A stretch of DNA of 64,000 bases from a virus (IMGVR_UViG_3300047200_000500:64001-128000); one strand, 5' to 3'; positions 38,975 to 49,323 are shown, counted from the first letter of the stretch. A program made the numbers and translations. Notes: generated from the sequence alone by a model not told the origin.

Positions 38975-38981
38975 ATATACG

Positions 38982-39014
38982 GCCCCAACAGAAATGTTGG
39001 GGCTTATTGTTTTT
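38982..39014 (+). terminator. Intrinsic terminator
   Basis: GCCCCAACA-gaaa-TGTTGGGGC, then TTATTGTTTTT. Confidence 0.8.
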
Positions 39015-39025
39015 GTATATAAGAC

Positions 39026-39898
39026 ATGGACTTGATTTTAGATGATAGACCACAACATGATTTTAATCGTTGGTATCACGACATATTGATAAAATCAGGA
39101 TTGTTTACTGTAAAATATGGGCGGATGTCAGAACATGACAGAATGCTTGAATTAGATAAAGTAGTGTATAAAAAAGGCAGACGACACCGGCATGGACAGA
39201 TATCATTTGCTAGGGTAGATGGTAAATTAGTGGTTTTCGATACCCAATTTGGTGATGGTTTTTCAGCAGATTATTTAAAGAATGGATTATTAAACAAAAT
39301 ACCAACTGCAGCTTACATTAAGTATAAACAAAATCCAGAATTACAAAAATTATTAAATTGTCCTCTTGTAGTATGGTCAATGTTCCCAGCTGGATGGGAG
39401 TTGGTTAATAAATTCATTTATAATTCTCATTATTCAAAATACAATATAATGGCGTCTGGCATGCATAGTTTAAAGGTAATGCAAAGAGTTGATTGGTTTG
39501 AACATGCTAAAACAATAGGTATTGATACTAAAATTGCAATACCAGGTACACAATATCTTGAATTGTTGAAGAAATCTAGATTTGGAATAATTTTATCAAT
39601 AAGAGATGAGAAAAACACCAGAGAATATGAATTCATATCAAATTTTATGCCGTTAGCATTAAATTATAAACCAGAATTTGAATTTGATTTTTATCCTGGT
39701 GAACATTATTTGTATATTAAAAATATTAGTGACTTATCTAGAATATTAACTGAAGACACATATAAATACAGTGCTAAATCTAAATACATATGGGAAAATT
39801 ATTTTAGGCCAGACATGGCATCTAAAATATTATTAAATAAGATAAAGCCTCATAATGGGGTATTGAATAGTTACAAGAGTTTGATGAGTAAAACTTAA
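39026..39898 (+). CDS. Putative GT-B glycosyltransferase
   Basis: C-terminal 'YLELLKKSRFGI.L....KNTREYE....PL.....FYPGEHYL' pattern. Confidence 0.6.
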   Translation: MDLILDDRPQHDFNRWYHDILIKSGLFTVKYGRMSEHDRMLELDKVVYKKGRRHRHGQISFARVDGKLVVFDTQFGDGFSADYLKNGLLNKIPTAAYIKYKQNPELQKLLNCPLVVWSMFPAGWELVNKFIYNSHYSKYNIMASGMHSLKVMQRVDWFEHAKTIGIDTKIAIPGTQYLELLKKSRFGIILSIRDEKNTREYEFISNFMPLALNYKPEFEFDFYPGEHYLYIKNISDLSRILTEDTYKYSAKSKYIWENYFRPDMASKILLNKIKPHNGVLNSYKSLMSKT

Positions 39899-39912
39899 AA
39901 TAGGTAATTGAA

Positions 39913-40245
39913 ATGAAAAAAGTTATTAAATATAGATTAAATGCTAATGGCACGATACCAACTTTTCTTTATTTAGGAAGTGATGGTGTTGGTGGAATGT
40001 ATTCATTTGATACTAAAGATCATGCACCTCCACAAGAATTGTTATTGATCGGAATTAGCATTGATAATCCAGTAGTTGGAGAATTTGAAGTAATACCAAC
40101 AAAAGCTGATCTTGAATCCTATCTTATCTCTATTAGTGCTGGCTGGACTTATTGTACAAAACCAGGAACTAATCCAATTCCCTTTGATCCAGTTACTGCA
40201 GCAACGTATGTATGGGATAGACTAAATGCTCTTAATACCAAATAA
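39913..40245 (+). CDS. Hypothetical phage protein
   Basis: 110 aa, clean ORF. Confidence 0.6.
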   Translation: MKKVIKYRLNANGTIPTFLYLGSDGVGGMYSFDTKDHAPPQELLLIGISIDNPVVGEFEVIPTKADLESYLISISAGWTYCTKPGTNPIPFDPVTAATYVWDRLNALNTK

Positions 40246-40255
40246 AATATAAAAT

Positions 40256-41131
40256 ATGATTACTAAGCAAGATATTATAGTCGAAAACAAAAATGGAATA
40301 TTCCTTATTCCAGAAGGTACTGAAATAGCAGCTGTTGATCAAACTAAGGTTGATGAATATAGAAAGGCGTTTATAGATAGTATCGGTAATGCTAAAGTTG
40401 AACAATACAGAGAAAGTGAGCCATCCGAAGAACAGACTAGAGATCATCCAGGAGTTGCTGGATATGAATTCATTGTTAATACAATAAAATTTCCAATTAA
40501 TGTAAATATACAATCTGCAGCAGATATGGCTGCATTTAAAGTAGCTTTATTTGATGAGGAACAAGAATTTGGTGAAACTGATAATATTTATACTTTTATA
40601 GATAACCCAGTAGATTATGTTTCAAGAATTGAAACACTCGATTCAGATTATGGCGATGTCTATAATGGGTGGACTGAATTTGGTGTCAGTAGAGAGGGTG
40701 GAAAGTTCTATTTCAAAGGTGATTTTCAATCATCAAGTGATGATGGCAATTTTTTAAATTTCAATAATTGGGCTAAAAATAAATCATTTTCAATAACCCA
40801 AATGCCAGGTAAACCAAAGCCTGATTGGTCGAAGAAGGGTGAACCAGTTCCTAATCTTCAAGTAAGGGGTGATTCTGGCGAATCAGTCGGTGGCGTGCAA
40901 CGCCATGAAGGCAGCCACTTAGTTGATAAATCGATAAAATCATTAACTGGTGATAGAGAATATAAATTATTGAAGACTTATAAGGATTATGTTGATAATA
41001 AATATGCGAGCAAGCGTCAAGCTAGCGAATATGATAAGAAGAAATATGCGGAATTTGTGGCGCAAAAGAAAGCAGGAAAATTAAACGTTAAGGCATTAGA
41101 ATCTGCCTTGAAAGCTTTAAGAGGATATTGA
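40256..41131 (+). CDS. Hypothetical, possible internal head protein (MITKQDIIVE|N)
   Basis: 291 aa; late-type motif 13 nt upstream; C-terminal 'KALE|SALK'. Confidence 0.6.
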   Translation: MITKQDIIVENKNGIFLIPEGTEIAAVDQTKVDEYRKAFIDSIGNAKVEQYRESEPSEEQTRDHPGVAGYEFIVNTIKFPINVNIQSAADMAAFKVALFDEEQEFGETDNIYTFIDNPVDYVSRIETLDSDYGDVYNGWTEFGVSREGGKFYFKGDFQSSSDDGNFLNFNNWAKNKSFSITQMPGKPKPDWSKKGEPVPNLQVRGDSGESVGGVQRHEGSHLVDKSIKSLTGDREYKLLKTYKDYVDNKYASKRQASEYDKKKYAEFVAQKKAGKLNVKALESALKALRGY

Positions 41132-41163
41132 TTTTTATTTGTGATTAATGTATTTAATAATTA

Positions 41164-41595
41164 ATGTCAGATAATTATATTCTGTTTACAACTTCAGATC
41201 TCGTAAACGAGCTTAGAAAATATTCTAACGCTTATGCTTTAATATATGTTAAACATGATGAAGATGTTGGGCCAAATGCTATAAAAACTCAAATAAATTG
41301 TTTTGAAACTGCAAAAATGCAAGTATTTGGGCTTACTGCTAAATTAAATTGGTGGTTAAAGGACAGATTAAAACCACAAAATAAATCCAATATTGAATAT
41401 GATGATACTGCTGCTTTATCAATTAATAAAGAAGGTAAAGAAATATTAGAAATATTAAAAAGCCGATGTAATGCTGGCGTTGCTGCTATTGTGTTTAAAG
41501 ATGAACATGAAGTGTTTTTACTTAATTGGGAATCAGCAAAAGGACAGTCAATTGGTTTAGCTACTGAATTGTATGAAAAGATCATGGAGCAATAA
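41164..41595 (+). CDS. Hypothetical protein with an internal duplication
   Basis: 'LVNELRKY.NAYALI...QVFGL' and 'ILEILKSRCNAGVAAI...QSIGL' halves. Confidence 0.55.
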   Translation: MSDNYILFTTSDLVNELRKYSNAYALIYVKHDEDVGPNAIKTQINCFETAKMQVFGLTAKLNWWLKDRLKPQNKSNIEYDDTAALSINKEGKEILEILKSRCNAGVAAIVFKDEHEVFLLNWESAKGQSIGLATELYEKIMEQ

Positions 41596-42456
41596 ATGGG
41601 AGAAGGTCACGACTTGTTTATGGATTTGCAGCCAAGCTACCCAATGCGTTCTGTTGGGAAGCCAAAAATGGCTGGGCCTGAGACATGTGAAAAATGCGGA
41701 ATGGTGATGTATTATGGCAAAGAAGATCATAAATGCAGTGGATTTTCATCTCTTGCTGTGGTTGAAAAACCAAAAACTTATTTTGAAGAATTAGAAGAAG
41801 AAGCTGGCAGATATGGTGGAAAGTATGTTGGTGTATTATATCCGAAATTTATGCTTAGTGCTTATTATTATGTTCATAATGATAAATGGTCATTTTCAAA
41901 AGGTGGTAATCCAGAGACATTTATAGATCACCATCTTGGTGAATGGGTTTCTAAAATTCCTCATAAAGATGTGTATCTGCAAATATTGTCTAATTCTGTT
42001 AAAGCAGATGAGAATTTATTTAAGTTGTTATGCCTTAGACTTAACTATGCTCTTTATATTGGTAAGGAGTCTGTTTCAACTGAAATAAAGATTCATAAAA
42101 ATAAAGTTGGTCATTTATTATTTAATGAATCTACTAAAGTGGTTGATGGTGAAATTGTTTATGATGGAAAATTAGAAACTTCTAATCTTAAAGACGAAGA
42201 AATAGAAGAATGGGCAAAAAAATTCTATTCAGCTGAAGAAACTATATCGCAATCTAAATCTGGTTTACCAGAGCATATACTATACTATATCAATAATATG
42301 TTGCTTGAATATGGATATAAATTAAATCCAGATGGTGAAGCCGTTTATCAAGAATTAAATAAATTAAATAGAGTTTTTATTGAAGAAGGATTAGTAGCTA
42401 GAGTTGCGTTCTTGACCATAATATCATCAATAAAAGAAACAAAGAGGATATCATGA
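41596..42456 (+). CDS. Hypothetical protein with N-terminal CxxC..HxC motif
   Basis: 286-aa ORF, coupled to neighbours. Confidence 0.55.
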   Translation: MGEGHDLFMDLQPSYPMRSVGKPKMAGPETCEKCGMVMYYGKEDHKCSGFSSLAVVEKPKTYFEELEEEAGRYGGKYVGVLYPKFMLSAYYYVHNDKWSFSKGGNPETFIDHHLGEWVSKIPHKDVYLQILSNSVKADENLFKLLCLRLNYALYIGKESVSTEIKIHKNKVGHLLFNESTKVVDGEIVYDGKLETSNLKDEEIEEWAKKFYSAEETISQSKSGLPEHILYYINNMLLEYGYKLNPDGEAVYQELNKLNRVFIEEGLVARVAFLTIISSIKETKRIS

Positions 42457-42932
42457 ATATCACAAATGGTATGAATGACGCCATGGAGAAACTGGGCATG
42501 AAAATAGGTGACGCTATTAAAATTACCGCACCATTCAAGGGGTCGAAAAAAGACTTCATTGGAAAATTTGGATTCATAGAGGAAGATGCTGGACTCATAC
42601 AAGGTGTGAAGCATTATATAGTGATATTATTGGAAAATGATGGTATTCCATTTGGTAATGGTCCAGTTCCTATTTCATCTATCGAATTAACGGATGATCC
42701 AATTGCTTTAAATGCTTATAAGATTTTTAATGAAAATATTAAAAAAATAATGGAAAATACTAAATCACAGGCTATTGATATTGACAAGGGTTTAGAAGAA
42801 TTATCAAAGAAGCATAATTTATCAATTGCCAAACTTAGAGAGATATATACCGATGTATTTGAACTCACCAAGGGAATAATTTATGAGAATCAAGATCAAG
42901 GAAAACAAGAAAAGCAAGAAGATAAGAGATGA
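42453..42932 (+). CDS. Hypothetical protein (KOW/SH3-like N-terminus)
   Basis: 'MKIGDAIKITAPFKG...FIGKFGFI'. Confidence 0.5.
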   Translation: MNITNGMNDAMEKLGMKIGDAIKITAPFKGSKKDFIGKFGFIEEDAGLIQGVKHYIVILLENDGIPFGNGPVPISSIELTDDPIALNAYKIFNENIKKIMENTKSQAIDIDKGLEELSKKHNLSIAKLREIYTDVFELTKGIIYENQDQGKQEKQEDKR

Positions 42933-43164
42933 TGCAATTAATGCAAAAAGGTTTATAAGACTTGATGTTGGTGGTCGTGATATATATGAATCAGTCTATA
43001 AATTTATTGAAGACAATATTATTGCAAAGGGTGGTGCCATGGGCAAAGATACCAAGCGGTTAACTGCCAAAGCAATCATTGACTTTGCTAATATTCAATT
43101 AAACGGAGTGCGTAAGCGTTCTAAACCACGGCTCGATGCCATTATAAATCATTGTTCTGAATGA
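42883..43164 (+). CDS. Hypothetical basic protein
   Basis: 93 aa; AAGGGA SD. Confidence 0.5.
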   Translation: MRIKIKENKKSKKIRDDAINAKRFIRLDVGGRDIYESVYKFIEDNIIAKGGAMGKDTKRLTAKAIIDFANIQLNGVRKRSKPRLDAIINHCSE

Positions 43165-43445
43165 AAATCGCCCATATAGATCTATACTTTCATCTCCCAG
43201 ATGATCACGATGATAATGATTTAATAGTTTTATTAGAACAAATCATAGAATATAAACTAATTAATCAAAATAAAACAGAAAAATCACCAGTTGTAGATGA
43301 ACTTAAAAACACTAAATCAATTAGTAAATACGGATACGATGTAATGATGTACAATAAGTTTATGAAATCAGTTAAGGAAAAAGGCTATAAGTTGTGCGGA
43401 GATGTTAGATTTATTAACGCTATGTCTGATAAGATAAACCTTTAG
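43161..43445 (+). CDS. Hypothetical protein
   Basis: ATGA-coupled 94-aa ORF. Confidence 0.5.
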   Translation: MKIAHIDLYFHLPDDHDDNDLIVLLEQIIEYKLINQNKTEKSPVVDELKNTKSISKYGYDVMMYNKFMKSVKEKGYKLCGDVRFINAMSDKINL

Positions 43446-43454
43446 GAGAATAAC

Positions 43455-43670
43455 ATGCATGGTCACGTCCACATTTTTGAATTACCAGATAATTCAAAAC
43501 TCGCTTGCTATAATATTCAATTTATGAATAAAGATGAGCTTGGAATAATTAAACTAGCTCTTGATAAGGTAATGCCTAAAGACAGAAATGAAGTTTATAA
43601 TAATGTTGTCGCTACTGTTAATAATATAATTATTGATGGTGTAAAAGCCACATCACCTAAAATTCCTTAA
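43455..43670 (+). CDS. Hypothetical protein
   Basis: AGGAG SD; 71 aa. Confidence 0.55.
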   Translation: MHGHVHIFELPDNSKLACYNIQFMNKDELGIIKLALDKVMPKDRNEVYNNVVATVNNIIIDGVKATSPKIP

Positions 43671-43766
43671 AGAATATATTAACTAAACAAAATTCCCTGT
43701 TAAAAAATAATATCAGCAATTCTGCTGATGTTTATAACAATGAGACTATAACCCCAGGAGGTAAAA

Positions 43767-44216
43767 ATGTCTCTTCAAAGTGGCGATGTGCTTCGTGGTT
43801 CTGTTAAACGCTTCAATTCCAAGCGTGGATTTGGCTTTGTCCAAATCACTGGTGAATCGACCAGTGAAGAGGATGATGTTTTTGTTCACCAGTCTGATAT
43901 TGACATGGAGGGGTTCAGATCCCTTAATGTTGGTGAGGATGTGGAATTCACTCTTGAGATTACTGCCGAGAATATGCTTAAGGCAAAATCGGTGAAGCTC
44001 ATTAGTGTTCGTGTTCCATCTGCCCCTTCCTCCCATCATACTTCTTATCAGTCACCTCGTGGTGCTGGTGGGCCTCTTGTTGATGCTGGACAGCGTGCTT
44101 TGGTTCGCACAGAACGTTTGGAACGTCAGATGAAGAAGCTGATTGAGATTCTGACGCGTGACAATGATGGTGTAGTCCTGGAATCCCAGGATGTCCAGGA
44201 AATCTATACCGCCTAA
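43767..44216 (+). CDS. Cold-shock domain protein with C-terminal extension
   Basis: RNP1 'RGFGFV' and RNP2 'DVFVHQS'; strong AGGAGG SD. Confidence 0.9.
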   Translation: MSLQSGDVLRGSVKRFNSKRGFGFVQITGESTSEEDDVFVHQSDIDMEGFRSLNVGEDVEFTLEITAENMLKAKSVKLISVRVPSAPSSHHTSYQSPRGAGGPLVDAGQRALVRTERLERQMKKLIEILTRDNDGVVLESQDVQEIYTA

Positions 44217-44234
44217 ATCCCCTCGCGTGTGATC

Positions 44235-44274
44235 GTTCAGCCGTGGCATAAAACCCACGGCTGAACTGTTTTTA
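44235..44274 (+). terminator. Intrinsic terminator
   Basis: GTTCAGCCGTGG...CCACGGCTGAAC, then TGTTTTTT. Confidence 0.85.
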
Positions 44275-44324
44275 TATATTAAATAATTTACAAAGTCTGT
44301 TAAAAAATATTGAAGGAAATCAAA

Positions 44325-44849
44325 ATGCTCAAGCCTCTCATCTTTTCCCTTATCCTTATCTCTGCTTGCTTTGCGGCGGAAGATAAAGCTCTGCTTCCCG
44401 CATCTGCTGCGACAGCCATGAAGACATATGAGGCCGAACTGGCAAAGGCCAAGGCCGAGTATGACAAGCGGGAGGAAACAGCCAGGAAGGCGTTACTCCC
44501 AGCTTTGGCGAAGGCCAAGGATGCAGAAATGAAGGCCAATAACCTGGAAGGGGCATTGGCAATCAAGAAGAAGATTGAAGAGTTTTCCGATCAACCAACA
44601 AATAGTGTTGTTATAATTTCAGCATCTTATGGATTTACAAAGGACAATACCGTAAATGCACTAAAATATATAATTGAAAAGACTGAGAATGGCACCAAGC
44701 CATATATTGATCATGATAATGCATGGAAGATAATTGGTAATCCAGCCCCTCGCGATCCTAAAGGGTTTTTCATTAAGTACAAGATTAACGGTAAAATAAT
44801 TGAAAAGAGATTTGGTGAAAATGATACTATAGAGTTCAAGGCTGAATGA
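44325..44849 (+). CDS. Secreted protein: signal peptide, helical hairpin and DUF3395-like C-terminal domain
   Basis: 'MLKPLIFSLILISACFA|AE'; 'VIISASYG...IGNPAPRDPK...KYKING..IEKRFGE'. Confidence 0.65.
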   Translation: MLKPLIFSLILISACFAAEDKALLPASAATAMKTYEAELAKAKAEYDKREETARKALLPALAKAKDAEMKANNLEGALAIKKKIEEFSDQPTNSVVIISASYGFTKDNTVNALKYIIEKTENGTKPYIDHDNAWKIIGNPAPRDPKGFFIKYKINGKIIEKRFGENDTIEFKAE

Positions 44850-45564
44850 AATGATCAAAATCAGCCTGCATTAATTTTTTATTATAAGTATAATGAATTA
44901 ATATACCGTTTTTACGTGGTATTTTATTATGAGGAAATCCTATTTTCCCAAGATCCCATTCTTTACACGGAATCAACTGTTTTCTAATTAAAAAATTAAA
45001 TGCAGCTTGATCGAGAAAATGTTTAATTTTTTTATTACAATGTTTTTTAACTTTTAAAATATTTTTCCATACATTAAATAATTGATATATTAACCCACTG
45101 TTTATACAAAATGATCCTGAATTTATGCCATTTTTATTTTTAAAAATCATTTTTTCATCATCGTTAAAATAAATCATATTGCCATCACTGTTCCATTGTT
45201 CTTCGGTATACAATAAGCAGTCACATGCTTTAAATAATTCTTGTATTGGTTTTACACAAATAATGTCGGCATCTAGATACATTATTTGTTTGTATTTCTT
45301 AAAATTTATGAAATTATCCGCGTGCATTCTGAGCAATATTGGTTTTATATCAGTATTTGTTATTATTGTTTCTGATTTTAATTTTAAATGTTCTTTATCT
45401 ATTAAACAAATAATGTCATCTTTATACTTTCCGTTTTTTCTTAAAGAATCAATTAACATATTTGCTTGAATTTGATATTCCGATCCAAATGCTACAATAT
45501 AAATTAAATTTTTTATACCTGTTTGTTTGTCTATACTATCCAAATATTTTGATGTAAATGTCAT
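44836..45564 (-). CDS. GT-A glycosyltransferase (GT8-like)
   Basis: 'IMYLDADII' DxD, 'INSGSF', 'DQAAFN' and 'LIHY'. Confidence 0.85.
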   Translation of the reverse strand: MTFTSKYLDSIDKQTGIKNLIYIVAFGSEYQIQANMLIDSLRKNGKYKDDIICLIDKEHLKLKSETIITNTDIKPILLRMHADNFINFKKYKQIMYLDADIICVKPIQELFKACDCLLYTEEQWNSDGNMIYFNDDEKMIFKNKNGINSGSFCINSGLIYQLFNVWKNILKVKKHCNKKIKHFLDQAAFNFLIRKQLIPCKEWDLGKIGFPHNKIPRKNGILIHYTYNKKLMQADFDHFIQP

Positions 45565-46274
45565 TATTTGATCATATTTTTCATTCTGTTTAATTTTTCT
45601 TGAGGGCTACCCATCAAAAAGTGAAAAACGGCCCCATTCGGTTTGTTATTAAATAACCATTTTTCTGAACTTACCAAATCAATTTTAAACTCATGATAAT
45701 CATGTTTGATCATCATGAGTTTATTAAATGCGGCTTGATCGATTCCTGGAGTTTCCATTTTATTATCTATAATATTTCTCCATTCTTCAAAAAAATTAAT
45801 TTTAGTAATGAATAATCCAGCATTTATTGTGTATCTATCTTTATATCTATTGAATTCTTCATCAGTCATGCATGAGGTATGCAACCACCTTAATCTTGAA
45901 TAACATTGGCCTATTTTCTTTCTTTGTATTGTTACACCAATGTCTTTATTTTTAATATCCCACAATTCATTAAATCTAGATAGCGGTATGGCATCGGCAT
46001 CAATATACATGATTTTATCATAATTTTTTATGTTGATATATTTATCTATGCACATTCTACCTATGATTGGATTTCCAACATATTTATAAATTTTTACATC
46101 ATGTATTGATACATCACAATCAGTTAATAATATTATATCTCCAGAATGAAATTTTTTTAATTGTTCAATATTTATTTTTACTAAATCAAGATACCTACCA
46201 TTCGCGCAATAATACACTAATCTTTTTTCAATTTTGTTGTTAATATTTGATAAATATTTTGTTGTAAAATTCAT
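45564..46274 (-). CDS. GT-A glycosyltransferase (GT8-like), paralogue of its neighbour
   Basis: 'IMYIDADAI', 'INAGLF', 'DQAAFN' and 'VFHF'. Confidence 0.85.
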   Translation of the reverse strand: MNFTTKYLSNINNKIEKRLVYYCANGRYLDLVKINIEQLKKFHSGDIILLTDCDVSIHDVKIYKYVGNPIIGRMCIDKYINIKNYDKIMYIDADAIPLSRFNELWDIKNKDIGVTIQRKKIGQCYSRLRWLHTSCMTDEEFNRYKDRYTINAGLFITKINFFEEWRNIIDNKMETPGIDQAAFNKLMMIKHDYHEFKIDLVSSEKWLFNNKPNGAVFHFLMGSPQEKLNRMKNMIK

Positions 46275-46330
46275 ATAAACTTGGCTTATGAAAATTATGT
46301 TTTATCAATTACCAATTAACAAGCAACTTA

Positions 46331-47032
46331 TTATGCTGATACTAATCTTCCACTGATCGCTTTTTGGTTATTAAATGCTCTTTTAAAACCAAAACGTTTA
46401 GCTTTATAATTGCTTTGATCATCTGAATTAAGCTTTTCCCATTTTTCTTTTTCATCTATTAGAGAAAATGCTAATTGTTTGAAATCTGTATTCATGATTA
46501 TTGATGACAATTTTATAGCTGCATTGTGAATATCATCATAATTGTACGAATCATGTTCAATGTGAATCAATTCAAAACAGTTGGCATCATCTATATAATC
46601 AACTGAAAAATCAATGCCATATTTTGATTTTATTGCTAATAACTTTTTTAATTCTGGACGTTTCTTACACAAATTTTCAATTTGTTTTCTTGCTTCTCCT
46701 TCATATGAATATCGATGTGAAATTAAGCTATGATCAAGGACGATAGAACATTTATGAGTTTGATATACCCAATTATCACAAACACTGGTGTGATTTAAAC
46801 AGTGACCAAGTTGGATATTAAAGTGATTATGAATACTCCGTTCTAAAACTGTAAGTTCGTAGCCGTCACGATCAAAATAATTTAAATGTTCGAACAATAA
46901 AAGGTCTTCTGGAATTGGATCTTTGAATGAGATATTCTCTCTGAAGTCTGATTTGTGGAATTTGAAAATGTCTTGGCCAAGCATATTTTTTAAATACTCA
47001 CCACAATTATAGTTCGCGTAAATATAAATCAT
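46331..47032 (-). CDS. Hypothetical protein
   Basis: 233-aa ORF co-oriented with the GT pair. Confidence 0.6.
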   Translation of the reverse strand: MIYIYANYNCGEYLKNMLGQDIFKFHKSDFRENISFKDPIPEDLLLFEHLNYFDRDGYELTVLERSIHNHFNIQLGHCLNHTSVCDNWVYQTHKCSIVLDHSLISHRYSYEGEARKQIENLCKKRPELKKLLAIKSKYGIDFSVDYIDDANCFELIHIEHDSYNYDDIHNAAIKLSSIIMNTDFKQLAFSLIDEKEKWEKLNSDDQSNYKAKRFGFKRAFNNQKAISGRLVSA

Positions 47033-47648
47033 GCAATTTAATGAATTAAAAGTCTTACTTGAACAAAAATCTACTACGGCAATTAACCAATTGCTAAAGT
47101 TTAAATTTAGTAATTTATTAGATGTAGAAGATATTAAAAAAAGAGTGGTAAAAGAATTTTGTTTAAAAAATGGATATAAGTTGTGCGTTCTTAAAGAAGA
47201 TATTATTGAAGCTGTAATGTCTAGTAAATCAGATGAAATAACGAATTATTTTGAAAGTAAAGGCTTCACAGTTGTTAAAGAAGAGAAATCTAAAGTTATT
47301 ACTGAGGAGAAATCTAAAGTTATTACTGAGGAAATGAATCCTGATTATAAGTCAGAAATGGCTAAATGGGACGTTAATGATCCTCGTAGAAGACTTGGCC
47401 CTGCTCTTGAATCAGAGTTTGCCAAAGCTGCTGTTATAAATGATACTTTAAATTTTGAAGAACCAGATCAAAATGACCAGAGATTTCCTTGGTTTAAGAA
47501 AATACCCCTTAATCATTATGATTTAGCTTGCCCATATTGTAATGCTGTAATGCGTGAAAAAGAATATAGTTTTAAGTATGATGGAGAAAATAAATGCTGG
47601 ACCCATAATTGTAAACCAGATGCAAACATATTAATGCCGCCAAGGTAA
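47031..47648 (+). CDS. Hypothetical, possible head protein (MQFNELKVLLE|Q) with C-terminal CxxC..HxC
   Basis: 205 aa; repeated VITE|E sites. Confidence 0.55.
   Translation: MQFNELKVLLEQKSTTAINQLLKFKFSNLLDVEDIKKRVVKEFCLKNGYKLCVLKEDIIEAVMSSKSDEITNYFESKGFTVVKEEKSKVITEEKSKVITEEMNPDYKSEMAKWDVNDPRRRLGPALESEFAKAAVINDTLNFEEPDQNDQRFPWFKKIPLNHYDLACPYCNAVMREKEYSFKYDGENKCWTHNCKPDANILMPPR
47283..47330. repeat. In-frame 24-bp tandem duplication (EKSKVITE x2)
   Basis: GAGAAATCTAAAGTTATTACTGAG occurs twice. Confidence 0.9.
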
Positions 47649-47674
47649 TTGTTATAAAATTGTAGAGGTGATTT

Positions 47675-48055
47675 ATGATGATTTGCATAGATAAAGAAAA
47701 TGAAACAGGCACTAAGATACTTGTTGATAATAATAGCTACAGAGTGACTGTATGCGATCAGAGTAACAAGTATAGTAATGACTATGAAACGGCAATTTCT
47801 AATAAGTCGTTATTTGCCATGATTAATGGTAAAATTAGACAGATGACTGTAACTGCAGAAACCATCAGATGGTTGATTGCCCACAGTAAGACTGTTGATG
47901 CTATTAGACTTGAAATGAGTGAAGCAAATAAATGTCCTTTGTCATCGGTTAATGCTTCTGATGGTGTGAAAAAATTACAAGAAGAGTTAAAGGAACATGG
48001 TTGGACTAATAAGAAATTGAACGAGATATATGAAAAAGCATATTTAATGGGGTAG
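47675..48055 (+). CDS. Hypothetical protein
   Basis: GAGGTG SD; 126 aa. Confidence 0.6.
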   Translation: MMICIDKENETGTKILVDNNSYRVTVCDQSNKYSNDYETAISNKSLFAMINGKIRQMTVTAETIRWLIAHSKTVDAIRLEMSEANKCPLSSVNASDGVKKLQEELKEHGWTNKKLNEIYEKAYLMG

Positions 48056-48068
48056 TCAAATTTAAAAT

Positions 48069-48965
48069 ATGCGTTCAAAATTAGTATTATTATTTGAAGC
48101 ATCATTTGAAAATAGAGATGCTATAATTGGTCTTGAAAAGGTATTAAAAAGTAGTGGATATTCACATTCAAAACTTAATGATATTTATGATCTAGCTGTT
48201 AGTAAAAACAAGGAATTAAACAAAGAAGAACATGGTGGAATGCGTCCATCATTTGGACAAACTAGTAAGCCAATATCTAAGAAACCAATAGACGAAATTC
48301 ATAAAGAATTGCTTCAAGCTGAAGTTAATAAAATTAAAAAGGCTGAAGATTTAACTAATAATGATGAATATGGAATTGGCAGTAATAAAGAAGAAATAAC
48401 TGATTCTGACATTCCAGGTTCACTTCCAACCGTTTCATATAATGATGGGAATACACCAGGAATAGTTAAAGATAAGTCTATCAGAGATGAAGGTGTTATT
48501 GATTCACTAAAACTGTTAGCGACCAATCTTGGGCCAATGGGCAGAGATAAGGCCATAGTATTAGCTGCTAGATTCGATATTGACAGTGAATTGATTGAGG
48601 CAGCTGGTCTTGGTACTTTACCCCCTAATTATACCGATGAGGATGTTTGGAACATATTAAAATTATCAGCTAATGGAAAGAAAAAATTTATTGATGGTGT
48701 ATGGCAGCCTTTTTATATTGAAGCACTTGAAGATGTGAAAGAATTACCTGGGGATGTTAGAGATCACATTGTTGAACTCCTGACATCACAAGAGCCTAGA
48801 GATATTACTTATCCAAGTGTGAATAAAGATTCATTAGTTGATGATCCCGCAAGAAATCAAGGGGTTAGAAAAGTATATGAGGCTAAATTGGTCGAGGATT
48901 TAGTAATAGAGTCAGAAAATGGCATAAGAATCATATCAACTGGCGCTAGAATAGTAGTAGGATAA
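48069..48965 (+). CDS. Hypothetical, possible internal head protein (MRSKLVLLFE|A)
   Basis: 298 aa, acidic; C-terminal VYE, LVE and VIE sites. Confidence 0.6.
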   Translation: MRSKLVLLFEASFENRDAIIGLEKVLKSSGYSHSKLNDIYDLAVSKNKELNKEEHGGMRPSFGQTSKPISKKPIDEIHKELLQAEVNKIKKAEDLTNNDEYGIGSNKEEITDSDIPGSLPTVSYNDGNTPGIVKDKSIRDEGVIDSLKLLATNLGPMGRDKAIVLAARFDIDSELIEAAGLGTLPPNYTDEDVWNILKLSANGKKKFIDGVWQPFYIEALEDVKELPGDVRDHIVELLTSQEPRDITYPSVNKDSLVDDPARNQGVRKVYEAKLVEDLVIESENGIRIISTGARIVVG

Positions 48966-48966
48966 T

Positions 48967-49323
48967 ATGAAACTATCTACAATAAATGAATCAACAGATA
49001 TAACTGGTAAATTAGACCCGTTAATATCCAAGTATGACGAATTGAGAATTAAAGCTACTGATGAAATGGCAGATCTTCATTATGAATTAATTGTTGATAA
49101 TCTTAGAGGCATTAATACTATTGAGGGATTAAAAAAGTTTTTAAAAACGATACACAATAGTTTGAATAATGAATTGAATGAACTTAATAAAATTAGATCA
49201 ATGATTAAACCAAAAGATACTTTCGAATTTAGTGCGTTTGAAAGTAGGATGAACTCTTATAATAGAGCTATCACCACATATGAAGATATTATTAATTTTG
49301 GAAAGAGTGTTAAATTTTGGTGA
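48967..49323 (+). CDS. Hypothetical protein with capsid-targeting-like N-terminus (MKLSTINE|S)
   Basis: 118 aa, helical. Confidence 0.6.
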   Translation: MKLSTINESTDITGKLDPLISKYDELRIKATDEMADLHYELIVDNLRGINTIEGLKKFLKTIHNSLNNELNELNKIRSMIKPKDTFEFSAFESRMNSYNRAITTYEDIINFGKSVKFW

